This document shows positions 48,647 to 59,874 of a DNA stretch of 64,000 bases, piece by piece. This DNA is from an uncultured Candidatus Rokubacteria bacterium. GTDB taxonomy: Bacteria > Methylomirabilota > Methylomirabilia > Rokubacteriales > CSP1-6. The stretch is from positions 128,001-192,000 of the forward strand of contig CAVYTA010000004.1 in NCBI GenBank assembly GCA_963771355.1, read 5' to 3'. A program made the translations under genes and the position numbers. The notes beneath the pieces are model-generated. The model saw only the letters and a list, made by a program, of their open reading frames with translations. It was not told where the DNA came from and made no database searches. How positions within the stretch are numbered: the first letter of the stretch is position 1; each line of letters opens with the position of its first letter.

Positions 48647-50338
48647 ATGACCAGGCGCTCCCTGCTCGCTCCGCTCATCGTGGTCCTTCTCTTCGCCGCG
48701 GGCTGCGCCGGCCAGTCCGAGCATGCTCATTCGACCGCGCCGGGGGCCGCCGCGCCGGCCACCGGACCGTCGTCGGCCGCGCTCGGTGGTCCTCCGCCGC
48801 TCTGGAAGAATCTCGGGAGCTATTCGCATCCGGTCACCACCGTCTCGTCGCGGTCACAGGCGTATTTCGACCAGGGCCTCAGGCTGACCTACGGGTTCAA
48901 CCATTGGGAAGCCCAGCGGTCCTTCCGCGAGGCGGCGCGTGTCGATCCTGCCTGCGCCATGTGCCAGTGGGGCGTCGCCATCACCTACGGCTCCAACTAC
49001 AACGACCCCACCAATCCAGAGCGCGAGCAGGGGGCGCTGGCCGCGGCGCAGAAGGCGCAGGCCCTCGCGGCGACGGCGACCCCGGCCGAGCGCGCCCTCA
49101 TCGAGGCGCTGGTCAAGCGGCATCAGCCCGGCGGCGAGCGCGTCACGCTCGATCGGGCCTATGCCGACGCCATGCGCGACGTTTCCCAGCGCTTCCCGGA
49201 CGATCTCGAGGCCGCCACCTTCTTCGCGGACGCCATGATGAACCTGCGGCCGTGGAATCTCTGGACCCCGGAGGGCCAGCCACAGCCGGGGACGGAGGAG
49301 ATCGTCCGTACGCTGGAAGGCGTGCTGGCAAAGAATCCGAATCATCCCGGGGCGCTCCACCTCTATATCCACGCGGTGGAGGCCAGCCAGACACCGGGCC
49401 GCGCCGCCGAGGCCGCCGACCGGCTGCGGGGCCTCATGCCCGGCGCCGGGCATCTCGTGCACATGCCGTCCCACATCTACCTCCGGGTGGGACGCTACGA
49501 CGAGTCGGTCACCGCAAACGTCCGGGCGGCGGAGGCGGACCGCGCCTACTTCCGGGAGGGCATGCCCAGCCCCATCTACCGCGGCATGTACTACCCGCAC
49601 AATCTCGACTTCATCTGGCATGCCGCCAGCATGGACGGGCGGGGCGCGGACACGGTGCGCGCGGCGCGCGACTTCGCCGGCGAGGTGCCGCTTCCGATGC
49701 TGCGCAAGATGTCGGACATGGAGACGGCGCCCGCCGCGCCCATCTTCGCGCTGGCCCGCTTCGGCCGCTGGGAGGAGATCCTGCGCGAGCCGGCGCCGCC
49801 GGCCGACCTGCCCTACTGGCGGGGCGTCTGGCACTATAGCCGCGGGCTCGCCTTTGCGAGCACGGGACGGTCGCCCGAGGCCCAGCGCGAGCTGGCCGCG
49901 CTCCAGACGGTGCGCGACGGCGTGCCGGAAGCCCGCACGCTGGCCGGATTCTTCAAGACGCGCGAGATGCTCACTCTCGCCGTCGAGGTGCTGTCCGGCG
50001 AGCTCGCCGCGCGCCGCGGCGAGGGAGACGCCGCCGTGCGCCACCTCGCCGAGGCCGCGCGCATCCAGGACGGTCACTGGTTCACCGAGCCGCCGCCCTG
50101 GTATTTCCCCGTGCGCCAGTCCCTCGGCGCCATCCTGCTGTCCGCCCGCCGCCCCGCCGAGGCGGAAGCGGTGTATCGCGAGGACCTGCGCCGCAATCCG
50201 GAGAACGGCTGGTCGCTCTTCGGCCTCGCGCAGGCGCTCCGCGCGCAGGGCAAGACCGACGAGGCCACCACCACCGACGCGCGATTCCGTCGCGCCTGGG
50301 CCCGTGCCGACGTCACGCTGACCTCGTCGCGCTTCTAG
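48647..50338 (+). CDS. TPR-repeat lipoprotein
   Basis: Lipobox FAAGC; FDQGL.L.YGFNH, HLYIHAVE, GHLVHMPSHIY, EPPPWYFP, PENGWSL. Confidence 0.85.
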   Translation: MTRRSLLAPLIVVLLFAAGCAGQSEHAHSTAPGAAAPATGPSSAALGGPPPLWKNLGSYSHPVTTVSSRSQAYFDQGLRLTYGFNHWEAQRSFREAARVDPACAMCQWGVAITYGSNYNDPTNPEREQGALAAAQKAQALAATATPAERALIEALVKRHQPGGERVTLDRAYADAMRDVSQRFPDDLEAATFFADAMMNLRPWNLWTPEGQPQPGTEEIVRTLEGVLAKNPNHPGALHLYIHAVEASQTPGRAAEAADRLRGLMPGAGHLVHMPSHIYLRVGRYDESVTANVRAAEADRAYFREGMPSPIYRGMYYPHNLDFIWHAASMDGRGADTVRAARDFAGEVPLPMLRKMSDMETAPAAPIFALARFGRWEEILREPAPPADLPYWRGVWHYSRGLAFASTGRSPEAQRELAALQTVRDGVPEARTLAGFFKTREMLTLAVEVLSGELAARRGEGDAAVRHLAEAARIQDGHWFTEPPPWYFPVRQSLGAILLSARRPAEAEAVYREDLRRNPENGWSLFGLAQALRAQGKTDEATTTDARFRRAWARADVTLTSSRF

Positions 50339-50432
50339 CCGAGCCGGGCCGTCGCCGCGACGGGGTCCCGAAGGCGGGCGGGATTTGCGTCGCGGCGACG
50401 GGGCGGGTAGAGTGGATGGCCAGGAGGGACCG

Positions 50433-50921
50433 ATGCCTGCGTGCATAGCTTGCAGCTCGCGCGACGTCGAGAGCACCTGCTCCGGAGCGTACATGGCGGA
50501 GACGTCGGACGTCATCTACCTCGGCTCCTCACCGGTGGTCGAGTGCCCCGCCTGCGGCACCAAGCCGCTGCGGTGCCAGCCCGAGATCTACGGCGACGTG
50601 TTCATCTGCCCCGGCTGCACCCAGCGCGTCTTCCGCGACGAGCAGCACCACTGCCGGACCTGTGGCCACTCCTGGGTGCATCCCGACCTCGAGGAAATCT
50701 TGGAGCGTGAGTCGGAGACGCTCGAGATCAGCACCGAAGCCGGGGAGAGCGAGGCGGTGGACGAGGGCGAGGCCGCGGTGCTGGAAGTACTGCCGCAGTC
50801 CTGCGACGCCTGCGGCGCCGCGCTGTTCAGCTTGGTCCGCGTCGACGGCCAGCTCGTGTGCCGCTGCCGCTGCGGCGCCACCGTCGCGCCCGGCGCTTCC
50901 GACGGCTCCGAGAGCGACTGA
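50433..50921 (+). CDS. Cys-rich multi zinc-ribbon hypothetical protein
   Basis: CIAC, CPAC, CPGC, CRTC, CDAC, CRCRC; AGGAGG RBS. Confidence 0.7.
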   Translation: MPACIACSSRDVESTCSGAYMAETSDVIYLGSSPVVECPACGTKPLRCQPEIYGDVFICPGCTQRVFRDEQHHCRTCGHSWVHPDLEEILERESETLEISTEAGESEAVDEGEAAVLEVLPQSCDACGAALFSLVRVDGQLVCRCRCGATVAPGASDGSESD

Positions 50922-50941
50922 GGCCGCATCGGGCGCGCCCG

Positions 50942-52339
50942 ATGACCACGCCTGCCATCGCCCTCGCCCAGGTCTGGCGCTGGGCCGGCTGTCCTCCCTT
51001 CGCGCTGGAGCGGGTCAGGTTCACCGGCGGTGATCCCATCCTGCCCGGCGTCTTCCAGGTCGGCACCGCGTCCATGACTTCCATCGCGGCGGCCGGGCTG
51101 GCGGCGGCCGAACTGGCCCAGCTTCGCGGCGCCGGCCCCCAGACGGTGAGGGTGGACGCGCGCGCGGCGGCCGCCACCTTCCGCAGCGAGCGCTATCTCC
51201 GCGTCAACGGCGAGAAGCCCCCTGATCCATGGAGTCCCATCTCCGGCTACTACCGCACCGCGGATGCCCGCTGGATCCAGCTCCACTGCAATTTCCCCCA
51301 CCACCGCGAGGGCGTGCTGCGCCTCCTGCAGGTGGAGGACAAGCGCGAGGCGGTGGCCGCCGCCATCAAGGACTGGAAGGCGGCCGAGCTGGAGGACGCG
51401 CTCACCGCCGCCGAGATGTGCGCGGGCATGATGCGCATGCCCGAGGAGTGGCAGGCGCATCCGCATGCCCAGGCGCTGGCCATGCTCTTGCCGCTGGAGA
51501 TCATCCGCATCGGCGACGCGCCCGCCGAGCCCCTGCCGCCGGGAGATCGGCCGCTCTCCGGCATTCGCGCGCTGGATCTCACCCGCGTGATCGCGGGGCC
51601 CGTCTGCGGTCGCACGCTCGCCGAGCACGGCGCCGACGTGATGCAGGTCACCGCCGCGCACCTGCCCAGCATCGGGATGCTTGTCCAGGACATGGGACGC
51701 GGCAAGCTTTCCACCTCGCTCGACCTTCGCCTGGAGACGGACGCGGAGCGGCTGCGCGGGCTCATCCGTCAGGCCGACGTCTTCAGCCAGGGGTATCGCC
51801 CCGGCGCCATCGCCGGACACGGCTTCTCCCCGGAGTCGGTGGCCAAGCTCCGCCCCGGCATCGTCTACGTGACGCTCTCGGCCTTCGGCCACACGGGCCC
51901 GTGGAGCGGGCGTCGCGGCTTCGACAGCCTGGTGCAGACGGTGACCGGTATCGCCGGGGAAGGCGGCCGTGCCATGGGCGTGGACCAGCCGCGGCCGTTG
52001 CCGTGCCAGGCGCTCGACCACGCCAGCGGCTATCTCGCCGCCTTCGGCACCATGGTGGCGCTCGCCAAGCGCGCGACGCAGGGCGGGAGCTGGATGGTGC
52101 GCGTGTCGCTGGCCCAGACGGGGCGCTGGATCGACCGGCTCGGCCGCGTGGACGGCCTCGGCACGCCGGACCTCCCGCCGGAGGACGTCGCCGATCTCAT
52201 GGAGACGTCCGAGACGCCGTGGGGCAGCCTGCTGGCGGTGGCGCCCGCGGCGAAGCTCTCGGCCACGCCGGGATTCTGGGCCCGCCCCTCGGTGCCGCTC
52301 GGCACGCATCCGCCGGAGTGGCCCGCGCGCGCGGCCTGA
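50942..52339 (+). CDS. Family III CoA-transferase (CaiB/BaiF)
   Basis: PLSGIRALDLTRVIAGP, QGYRPG, RRGFDS, QALDH. Confidence 0.9.
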   Translation: MTTPAIALAQVWRWAGCPPFALERVRFTGGDPILPGVFQVGTASMTSIAAAGLAAAELAQLRGAGPQTVRVDARAAAATFRSERYLRVNGEKPPDPWSPISGYYRTADARWIQLHCNFPHHREGVLRLLQVEDKREAVAAAIKDWKAAELEDALTAAEMCAGMMRMPEEWQAHPHAQALAMLLPLEIIRIGDAPAEPLPPGDRPLSGIRALDLTRVIAGPVCGRTLAEHGADVMQVTAAHLPSIGMLVQDMGRGKLSTSLDLRLETDAERLRGLIRQADVFSQGYRPGAIAGHGFSPESVAKLRPGIVYVTLSAFGHTGPWSGRRGFDSLVQTVTGIAGEGGRAMGVDQPRPLPCQALDHASGYLAAFGTMVALAKRATQGGSWMVRVSLAQTGRWIDRLGRVDGLGTPDLPPEDVADLMETSETPWGSLLAVAPAAKLSATPGFWARPSVPLGTHPPEWPARAA

Positions 52340-52341
52340 CG

Positions 52342-52812
52342 ATGCGCGAGTATCAGTACCGCGTGGACGGCGACGGGCGCGTCTTCCACGACGGGACGGA
52401 GATCGTCGACGCGCCGACCCTCCGCTTCTTCCTGCTCGGCATGCGGCGGCAGCCCGACGGGCGCTGGCTGGTGCCTTGTCAGGGCGAGCAGAACTGGTTC
52501 GAGGCCGCCGACACGCCCTTCGTGATCCAGCGGCTGCGGCTCGACGCGGCCGACGGCCGGCTGCGCGCGGCGGAGATGCTCCTCGCCGGTGAGCTGGCGG
52601 AAGCGCTCGATCCCGCCGGGCTCGAGACCGAAGCCGGACACCTCTACGCCCGCGTGCGCCGCGGCGCCTTTCGCGCGCGCTTCGGGCGCGTCGCCATGCA
52701 GCAGCTCGCACCCTATCTCGACGAGTCCACCGGCGCCCCCACGCTGCTCATGGCCGGCGCCCGACATCCTATCCGCGACGCCCGGATAGACGGAGGAGTT
52801 CATGCCCGCTGA
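52342..52812 (+). CDS. DUF1285-like protein
   Basis: YRVDGDGRVFHDG.EI, DTPFV, RARFGR..MQQL. Confidence 0.65.
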   Translation: MREYQYRVDGDGRVFHDGTEIVDAPTLRFFLLGMRRQPDGRWLVPCQGEQNWFEAADTPFVIQRLRLDAADGRLRAAEMLLAGELAEALDPAGLETEAGHLYARVRRGAFRARFGRVAMQQLAPYLDESTGAPTLLMAGARHPIRDARIDGGVHAR

Positions 52813-53332
52813 TCCCACGTCTGCCTTGACCCCGAAAGAAATGGCCGCCCTGCTCCGCGCCTCCATGGAGGCCCTGCGCGCCGAATCGGCCGCGCTCGGC
52901 GACCGGGCGGCGTCCTGGCATCCCGCGCCCGGCGAATGGTGCGTCAAGGAAGTGCTGGGCCACATCATCGAGGCCGAGCGGCGCGGCTTCGCGGGCCGCG
53001 TGCGCGACTTCGTCGCCAGAGACGAGCCTGCGTGCGTGGGCTGGGATCAGGAGGTGGTAGCGCGCGAGCGGAAGGACTGCGCGCGGCCGCTGAGCGCCCT
53101 GGTGGACGAGCTGAGCGCGCTACGCGCGGACAGCGTGAAGCTGGTCGAAGGCCTGCCGGCGGCGGCGCTGAGCCGCGGCGGGGCGCATCCCAAGGTGGGC
53201 CGGCTCACGGTCGGCGACGTGGTCCACGAGTGGGTGCACCACGACCGCAATCACCTGAAGCAGATCATGACCAATGTGCAGGCGCAGGCCTGGCCGCACA
53301 TGGGGAATGCCCAGCGCTTCTCGGCCCCCTGA
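52802..53332 (+). CDS. DinB family protein
   Basis: GEWCVKEVLGH...HDRNHLKQ His triad. Confidence 0.88.
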   Translation: MPADPTSALTPKEMAALLRASMEALRAESAALGDRAASWHPAPGEWCVKEVLGHIIEAERRGFAGRVRDFVARDEPACVGWDQEVVARERKDCARPLSALVDELSALRADSVKLVEGLPAAALSRGGAHPKVGRLTVGDVVHEWVHHDRNHLKQIMTNVQAQAWPHMGNAQRFSAP

Positions 53333-53344
53333 CCCGGCCGCCGC

Positions 53345-54067
53345 TCAGCCTCGAGCGCGGCGCGCGGCCTCGAACTCGGCGCGCGTCTCCGGCCCCGGAG
53401 GATAGGCGCCCCGCAGCGGCGCCCCCGCCTGGATCTTCGCGAGCACGAAGGCTTCGAGCTCCTCCTGCTCGGTCCCGGCGGCGGCGATCTTGTCGGCCAG
53501 GGCGCGCGGCACACAGACCACGCCGTCGCCGTCGCCCACCATGATGTCGCCCGGCATCACCAGCACCTCGCCGCAGCCGATGGGCACATCGGCCTCGACG
53601 GCGTGGTGGCGATGGACGTTCGCCGGCGCCGCCGGCCCCTGGGCGAACACCGGCAGGCCCATGGCGGCCACACCCGCGTAGTCGCGCACGCCGCCGTCCA
53701 TCACCGCACCCGCCGCCCTGCGCACCTTGAGCCGCGCGACGAGGATGTCGCCGACGCCGGCCGCCGTGCCCACGCGGCGGCAGTCGAGCACCAGCACCTT
53801 GCCTGCCGGGAACTCCTCGATGGTGCGCCGCTGCGGATGGTTGGGATCGCCCAGGCTCTCGAAGGTGGCGAGGTCCTCCCGCGCGGGGACATAGCGCACC
53901 GTCACCGCCTCCCCGGCCATGCGGGCGCCGGGCACCACCGGCCGCACGCCGGCGAGGTAGACGTTCTTGAACCCGGCCTTGAAGAGCTGGGTGCAGAGGG
54001 TGGCGGTGGAGATCGCCTTGAGGCGCTCGATGGTGTCGGGCAAGAGGTCGAGTAGTGCTGGGGTCAT
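53345..54067 (-). CDS. RraA/HMG-CHA aldolase family protein
   Basis: GDIL..R...[32 protein letters not shown]. Confidence 0.88.
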   Translation of the reverse strand: MTPALLDLLPDTIERLKAISTATLCTQLFKAGFKNVYLAGVRPVVPGARMAGEAVTVRYVPAREDLATFESLGDPNHPQRRTIEEFPAGKVLVLDCRRVGTAAGVGDILVARLKVRRAAGAVMDGGVRDYAGVAAMGLPVFAQGPAAPANVHRHHAVEADVPIGCGEVLVMPGDIMVGDGDGVVCVPRALADKIAAAGTEQEELEAFVLAKIQAGAPLRGAYPPGPETRAEFEAARRARG

Positions 54068-54145
54068 CGCATCCTCCTTGAGATGCCGCATATGATAAGT
54101 CTTTATCGCGCGCCCGACGACGGGCCCGACCAAAAGGGGAATGTC

Positions 54146-55049
54146 ATGAGCGAGACGGTGGGATTCATCGGGCTGGGTACCATGGGGCTGCCGATGCTGT
54201 CGAACCTGGCGCACAAGGGCACCGCGCTGGTGGTCCACGACGCGAGCGCGGCCGCGGAGGAGGTGGCGAGCGCGCTTCCCGGCGTCACGGTGCTGCGCTC
54301 ACCCGCCGAGGTGGCGGCGCGCGCCGACGTCCTCTTCACCTGTCTCCCCAACAACGACATCGTGCTGGGCGCCTATCTCGAAGCCGGCAGCGTCGCGCTG
54401 GGCGGCCGCCCCGGGCTCATCACCTGCGATTGCTCCACGGTGAGCCCGGAGGTCACGGTGAAGGTGGCGGCGGCGCTCAAGGCCAAGGGCATCACCCACA
54501 TGGACACGCCCATGCTCGGCTCCAAGCCGCAGGCCGTGTCCGGCGACATCTTCTTCATCGTGGGCGGCGACGAGACGAAGCTGGCAGCGGATCAAGCCCT
54601 ACCTCGAGATCATGGGCAAGCTCAACATGTACGTGGGCGGGACCGGCATGGCCAATCGCGTGAAGCTCATCCACAACGGTCTGGCCGCGGTGACCTCGGT
54701 GGCGGTGGCGGAGGCCCTGGCCATGTGCGTGCAGTCGGGCGTAAACCCGGGCACCTTCTACGACGTGGTGCGCCAGGGCGGCGGCATGGCCTTCGGCACC
54801 TACTTCGACCGCCGCGCCAAGCGTATCTTCGACGGGGACTTCTCGCCCACCTTCATGCTCGAGCACATGCGCAAGGACGCCACCCTGGCGCTGGCTCTCG
54901 CGCACGCGGTGCAGGTGCCCACGCCCATGCTGGAGGAGACCAAGCGCACCTACGACGAGGCGCTCGACAGCGGCTGGGGCAAGGAAGACTTCTCCGCCGT
55001 CACCCACGTGATCGAGAAGCGCATCAATCGCCGTCTCTCCGGAAAGTAG
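54146..55049 (+). CDS. beta-hydroxyacid dehydrogenase (GlxR/MmsB-like), 1 indel near 54590
   Basis: [28 protein letters not shown]....MRKD. Confidence 0.88.
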
Positions 55050-55057
55050 GAGACTCC

Positions 55058-57064
55058 ATGGCCGCGCCGGCACGCAGCATCGGCTTCGAGGAGATCGTGG
55101 GCGGGACTTCGACGAAGGAGGGCAGCAGGGAGGGCACGTGGGAGGTGCGCACGGCGGGGGCGGGCCCGGCGGGGAAGCTGCCGCTCACCGCCGAGATGCT
55201 CCTCGAGCGGCCCAGCGGCGACATCTTCGGCCTCACCCAGAACGCGGGCATGGGCTGGGATCCGCGCGAGCTGGGGCGCCCGCAATACCTCATGCTCTCC
55301 ACCCAGGGCGGCATCCGCGCCGCCGACGGCACCCCGATCGCGCTGGGCTATCACACCGGCCACTGGGAGATCGGCCTTCTCCTCCAGGCCGCGGCGGCGG
55401 AGCTGAAGGAGCTGGGCGCCATCCCCTTCGCGGGCTTCTGCTCCGATCCCTGCGACGGCCGCACCCAGGGCACCACCGGCATGATGGATAGCCTCGCCTA
55501 CCGCAACGACGCCGCCATCGTGCTGCGCCGCCTCGTCCGCTCGCTCCCCACCCGCAAGGGCGTGCTCGGCGTGGCCACCTGCGACAAGGGCCTGCCCGCC
55601 ATGATGATGGCGCTGGCCGCGCTTCGCGATCTCACCTGCGTGCTGGTGCCGGGCGGCGTCACGCTGCCACCCGAGCGCGGCGAGGACGCGGGCACCGTGC
55701 AGTCCATCGGCGCGCGCTTCGCGCACGGCGAGCTCTCGCTGGAGCAAGCGCAGGACCTCGGCTGCCGCGCCTGCGGCTCCCCCGGCGGCGGCTGCCAGTT
55801 CCTCGGCACCGCGGCGACCTCGCAGGTGGTCGGCGAGGCGCTGGGCCTCTCGCTGCCGCACTCGGCGCTGGCGCCCTCGGGCCAGCCGCTCTGGCTCGAC
55901 ATGGCCCGGCGCTCGGCGCGCGCGCTGGTGGCGCTCGAGGCGCGCGGAATCCGCACCCGCGACATCGTCACCGACGCCGCCATCCGGAACGCCATGGTGG
56001 TGCACGCGGCGTTCGGCGGCTCGACGAATCTGCTCCTGCATCTCCCCGCCATCGCGCATGCGGCGGGCCTCCGCCGGCCCACCGTCGAGGACTGGTCGGA
56101 CGTCAACCGCCGCGTGCCGCGCCTGGTCGACGTGCTGCCCAACGGCCCGCGCAATCACCCGACGGTGCGCGTCTTCCTGGCCGGCGGCGTCCCCGAGGTG
56201 ATGCTGCACCTGCGCCGCGCCGGGCTTCTCGACGAGCGCTGCCTCACCGTCAGCGGCGAGCCGCTGGCCAGGAGCCTCGACTGGTGGGAGGGGTCCGAGC
56301 GCCGGCGCGCGCTGCGCGAGCGCCTGCAGGCCGCCGACGGCGTGGATCCGGACGACGTGATCATGGCCCCCGCGCGGGCCCGCGAGCGCGGGCTCACCAG
56401 CACGGTGACGTTTCCCCGCGGCAACCTCGCCCCGGAGGGCTCGGTGATCAAGAGCACCGCCATCGATCCCAGCGTGGTGGACGCGGACGGCGTGTACCGC
56501 AAGATCGGCCCCGCGCGCGTCTTCACCACCGAGAAGGCGGCCATCGCCGCCATCAAGAGCCAAGGGCCCGAGCGCCTCAAGCCCGGCGACATGCTCGTGC
56601 TGATCTGCCGCGGCCCGCTGGGCGCGGGGATGGAGGAGATCTACCAGATCACCGCCGCGCTCAAGCATCTGTCGTGGGGCAAGCAGGTGGCCGTCATCAC
56701 CGACGCGCGCTTCTCCGGCGTCTCCACCGGCGCCTGCATCGGCCACGTGGGCCCCGAAGCGCTGGCGGGCGGGCCGATCGGCCGCGTCCTCGAGGGCGAT
56801 CGCATCCGCATCGTCGTGGATCGCAATCGCCTGGAGGGCAGCCTGGATCTGGTCGGCCACGACGGCCGCGAGTACGGCCCCGAGGAAGGCGCCCGCGTGC
56901 TGGCCGCCCGCACGCCGCGCCCGGATCTCGCGCCCGATCCCGATCTCCCCGACGACACGCGGCTCTGGGCCCTCCTCCAGCAGACGGGCGGGGGCACCTG
57001 GGGCGGCTGCGTCTACGACGTGGACGCGGTGGCGGCGGCGCTGGGCACCGGCACCCGGCGCTGA
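55058..57064 (+). CDS. YjhG/YagF-type D-xylonate dehydratase (IlvD/Edd family)
   Basis: [49 protein letters not shown]. Confidence 0.92.
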   Translation: MAAPARSIGFEEIVGGTSTKEGSREGTWEVRTAGAGPAGKLPLTAEMLLERPSGDIFGLTQNAGMGWDPRELGRPQYLMLSTQGGIRAADGTPIALGYHTGHWEIGLLLQAAAAELKELGAIPFAGFCSDPCDGRTQGTTGMMDSLAYRNDAAIVLRRLVRSLPTRKGVLGVATCDKGLPAMMMALAALRDLTCVLVPGGVTLPPERGEDAGTVQSIGARFAHGELSLEQAQDLGCRACGSPGGGCQFLGTAATSQVVGEALGLSLPHSALAPSGQPLWLDMARRSARALVALEARGIRTRDIVTDAAIRNAMVVHAAFGGSTNLLLHLPAIAHAAGLRRPTVEDWSDVNRRVPRLVDVLPNGPRNHPTVRVFLAGGVPEVMLHLRRAGLLDERCLTVSGEPLARSLDWWEGSERRRALRERLQAADGVDPDDVIMAPARARERGLTSTVTFPRGNLAPEGSVIKSTAIDPSVVDADGVYRKIGPARVFTTEKAAIAAIKSQGPERLKPGDMLVLICRGPLGAGMEEIYQITAALKHLSWGKQVAVITDARFSGVSTGACIGHVGPEALAGGPIGRVLEGDRIRIVVDRNRLEGSLDLVGHDGREYGPEEGARVLAARTPRPDLAPDPDLPDDTRLWALLQQTGGGTWGGCVYDVDAVAAALGTGTRR

Positions 57065-58311
57065 GCGGCGGCCGGCGGATCGGGCCGCCGGGCGAGCAGG
57101 AAGAAGATCGAGCCGAGCGAGGCGAGCACCGCCAGCACGGTGAAGCCCGAGACGTAACTCCCGGTGCGGTCGGCGAGGATGCCCGCCACCAGCGGGCCCG
57201 CGATCATCCCCAGCATCACCACCATGGACGAGATGCCCGAGATCATGCCGAAGGACCCGCTGCCGAAGTAGTCGGCGCGGATGGCGGCCATGAGCGGCCC
57301 GCGCATCCCCCAGGCCAGACCATGGAGGATGGCGAACACCACCACCATCCAGTAGGCGCTGGCGTGTGCCAAGAGCAGCAGCGCGGCGGCATGCCCCACC
57401 ATGCAGGCCACCACGATGGCCCGCTTGCTGAAGCGGTCGCCCGCCCAGCCGCCGGAGAGCTGCCCCGCGATCTGGCAGATCGTGATGAGCGACACCACGC
57501 CCGCCGCCTGGGCCAGCGAGATGCCCAGGCGCTCCGTCACGTGGACCACCATGTGGACCATCACCGCGGAGACGACGAGCAGCGCGGAGCCGTGGCCGGC
57601 CGAGATGAGCCAGAAGGCGCGGGTGTGCATGGCCTGACGGGCGGTGAAGTCGACGTCGGCGGTCATGCGCGCGGCGGCCATCGCGGGCTCGGCGTCGGCG
57701 GTGTCGCCGTCCACCCGCCAGCCATGGGCCTCCGGACGGTGGCGGATGAGCTGGGCCAGCGGCAGCCCCGCCAGGATGATGACCACGCCGGAGAGGAAGG
57801 CGGTCCAGCGCCAGCCCACCTGCAGCATCACCGCGGCCACCAGCGGCGTCATCAGCCCGCCCATGGCCATCCCCACCGAGGAGTAGCTCAGCGCCTGCGC
57901 GCGCCGGCGGCGGAACCAGTTGACGATGGCCACGGTGATGGGGAGGTAGCCGCCGAGCCCGGCGCCCACCGCCATCACGAAGAACGTGAGGAAGAAGGTG
58001 ACCGGCGAGTGGACGCGGCTGAAGAGCATGAAGCCGATGCCCAGGACGACCATGCCGGTGCGGATGAGCACGCGCGGCCCGAAGCGGTCGGTGAGCCAGC
58101 CCTGGATGGGGCCCAGCACCGCGCTCTCGGCGCGCGCCAGCGCGAAGGCGGCCGAGAGGAGGGTGCGGCTCCAGCCGAACTCCTCGCGCAGCAGCACGAC
58201 GTAGGCGCCGTAGGCGTAGAAGAAGAGCGAGCCGATGAGCGCCTCCAGGCCGAAGCCCGCCGCCACCACCCACCAGCCGTAGAAGATGCGGCCGCGGCGC
58301 TCGCCCGTCAT
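57013..58311 (-). CDS. MFS transporter
   Basis: [17 protein letters not shown], about 12 TM segments; 3' end overlaps the dehydratase. Confidence 0.9.
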   Translation of the reverse strand: MTGERRGRIFYGWWVVAAGFGLEALIGSLFFYAYGAYVVLLREEFGWSRTLLSAAFALARAESAVLGPIQGWLTDRFGPRVLIRTGMVVLGIGFMLFSRVHSPVTFFLTFFVMAVGAGLGGYLPITVAIVNWFRRRRAQALSYSSVGMAMGGLMTPLVAAVMLQVGWRWTAFLSGVVIILAGLPLAQLIRHRPEAHGWRVDGDTADAEPAMAAARMTADVDFTARQAMHTRAFWLISAGHGSALLVVSAVMVHMVVHVTERLGISLAQAAGVVSLITICQIAGQLSGGWAGDRFSKRAIVVACMVGHAAALLLLAHASAYWMVVVFAILHGLAWGMRGPLMAAIRADYFGSGSFGMISGISSMVVMLGMIAGPLVAGILADRTGSYVSGFTVLAVLASLGSIFFLLARRPDPPAAAQRRVPVPSAAATASTS

Positions 58312-58376
58312 GGCCAAGGCCTCATCGCGCGCGGCATCTCCGTGAGGTCAGGGCGCGCGCGGTACCGAAGCACGGA

Positions 58377-59744
58377 TCAGGCCGGGCGGAGGAGGGCGAA
58401 GAGGCGCGTCAGCGCTCCCGGCTTGTCGACCCGCGCGACGAGGTCGGCGACCTTGGCCGCGCGCGTGGCGCCCAGCGCGGCGCCGGCGAGGCGGAGAAAC
58501 TTGTCGCGGAGCGCGTCGTCCGACTGCGGATTGTCCCAGTGGCCGAGCGGCACCTCGATCCGGCACGAGAAGCGGCGGCCGTCCCGGGTCTCCACCTCCA
58601 GCGTCTGGCGCTCGCCGTGGGCCTCGGGATCCACCACCAGCGTGATCCGCTGCATCAGCGCGCGCGTGACCCGATCGCCCACCGCGGCGGCGGTGAACTC
58701 CTTGAGCGTCAGGCGCCCGAAGCGGATGATGCAGGCGAGCGCATACGTCACGCTCATCTGGGCCTCGAGCACGGAGTCCAGATGGACGCCGCCGATCATG
58801 CGGCGGCTCATCTCGGACAGCACCACGCGCACGTGGCGGACCTCCTCGGCGGCGATCTCGTGCTTGGCGCGGAGCTCCAGCATCGCGTCCGCCGCGCTGT
58901 TGATGCCCCAGCACACCGGATAGGGCTTGAAGCCTTTGCGCAGGATCCGGAAGCCCTCACCGAGGCCGGCGAGCGGCGCGCTCGGGTCGGATTCCCCGGG
59001 GGCGAAGGTCGCGAAGAGCCCGCCCCAGGACGCGTCGAGCACCTCGCGCGGGCCGGTGACCCCGCGCCGCGCCAGCACCGCGGCGGTGAGGCCGATCTCC
59101 GCCGAGCGGCCCGGATGCAGGCGCTTGCTCATGGCGCCGTCCGCCATGAAGGCCCAGGTCCCGCCGGTATAGGAGCCGGCCAGCCCCAGCGCGTCCGCGG
59201 TGCGCTCGGCGTCGAGGCAGAGGACACGCGCCGCCGCCACCGCCGCGCCGATGCTGCCGTAGACCCCGGTGGTGTGCCAGCCGCGGAGTGTCATCACGTC
59301 GTAGCTCGCCGCGTCGGTGAGGCGCGAGGTGATCTCGTGGCCGGCGACCAGCCCCAGCAGCACGTCGCGCCCGTCGCCCTGCGACAGCTCCGCGGCGGCG
59401 AGCACGGCCGGCACCTGGCAGGCGCCCGCGTGGCCGCCCCCGCCGATATCGTCCAGCTCGCGCATGTGGGCGTGCGCGCCGTTGAAGAGCGCGGCGGCCT
59501 GGGGCGGCGCGCCACCCTTGGTGCCCCAGACGGTGCAGGTCCCGGCGGCGCCGAGATCGGCTCGCGCGCGGGCGAGATGACGGGCCTCGGGCGTGGTGCT
59601 GCCCTGGAGCGCGCAGCCCAGCGCGTCGAGGAGCACGCGCCTCGCCATGGCCACCACTTCGGCGGGCAAGCCCTTCCAGGTGAGCGCGGCCGCCCAGCCG
59701 GCGAGGGCTTCGGAAACGCTCGGGCCGACGCTACGGCCCGTCAT
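58377..59744 (-). CDS. MmgE/PrpD family protein
   Basis: LLDALGC, ELDD, GWHTTG, KRLHPG, KPYPVC. Confidence 0.9.
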   Translation of the reverse strand: MTGRSVGPSVSEALAGWAAALTWKGLPAEVVAMARRVLLDALGCALQGSTTPEARHLARARADLGAAGTCTVWGTKGGAPPQAAALFNGAHAHMRELDDIGGGGHAGACQVPAVLAAAELSQGDGRDVLLGLVAGHEITSRLTDAASYDVMTLRGWHTTGVYGSIGAAVAAARVLCLDAERTADALGLAGSYTGGTWAFMADGAMSKRLHPGRSAEIGLTAAVLARRGVTGPREVLDASWGGLFATFAPGESDPSAPLAGLGEGFRILRKGFKPYPVCWGINSAADAMLELRAKHEIAAEEVRHVRVVLSEMSRRMIGGVHLDSVLEAQMSVTYALACIIRFGRLTLKEFTAAAVGDRVTRALMQRITLVVDPEAHGERQTLEVETRDGRRFSCRIEVPLGHWDNPQSDDALRDKFLRLAGAALGATRAAKVADLVARVDKPGALTRLFALLRPA

Positions 59745-59833
59745 TCAGCATATCGAACATCTACACGGCGGGACGGTGAGAGCCGAAAAAGCATTCGCGA
59801 ACGATTCATGGGTGGCGTCATGTTCGGCGACCT

Positions 59834-59862
59834 ACTCTAGGGGTCCGCGCGCGAGGAGTCAA
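59834..59862 (-). promoter_or_regulatory. sigma70-type promoter for the PrpD-MFS unit
   Basis: Minus strand TTGACT-17 nt-TAGAGT. Confidence 0.55.
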
Positions 59863-59874
59863 TGGTTGCGCAGA

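Noticed and set aside
54083..57064. 993-aa apparent dehydrogenase-dehydratase fusion
   Set aside because: Artefact of one indel near 54590; the dehydrogenase ends at 55049 in another frame and the dehydratase has its own RBS and ATG at 55058
57013..57064. 52-nt convergent overlap of dehydratase and MFS 3' ends (also 22479-22501)
   Set aside because: Short tail overlaps are common in GC-rich genomes with few stop codons
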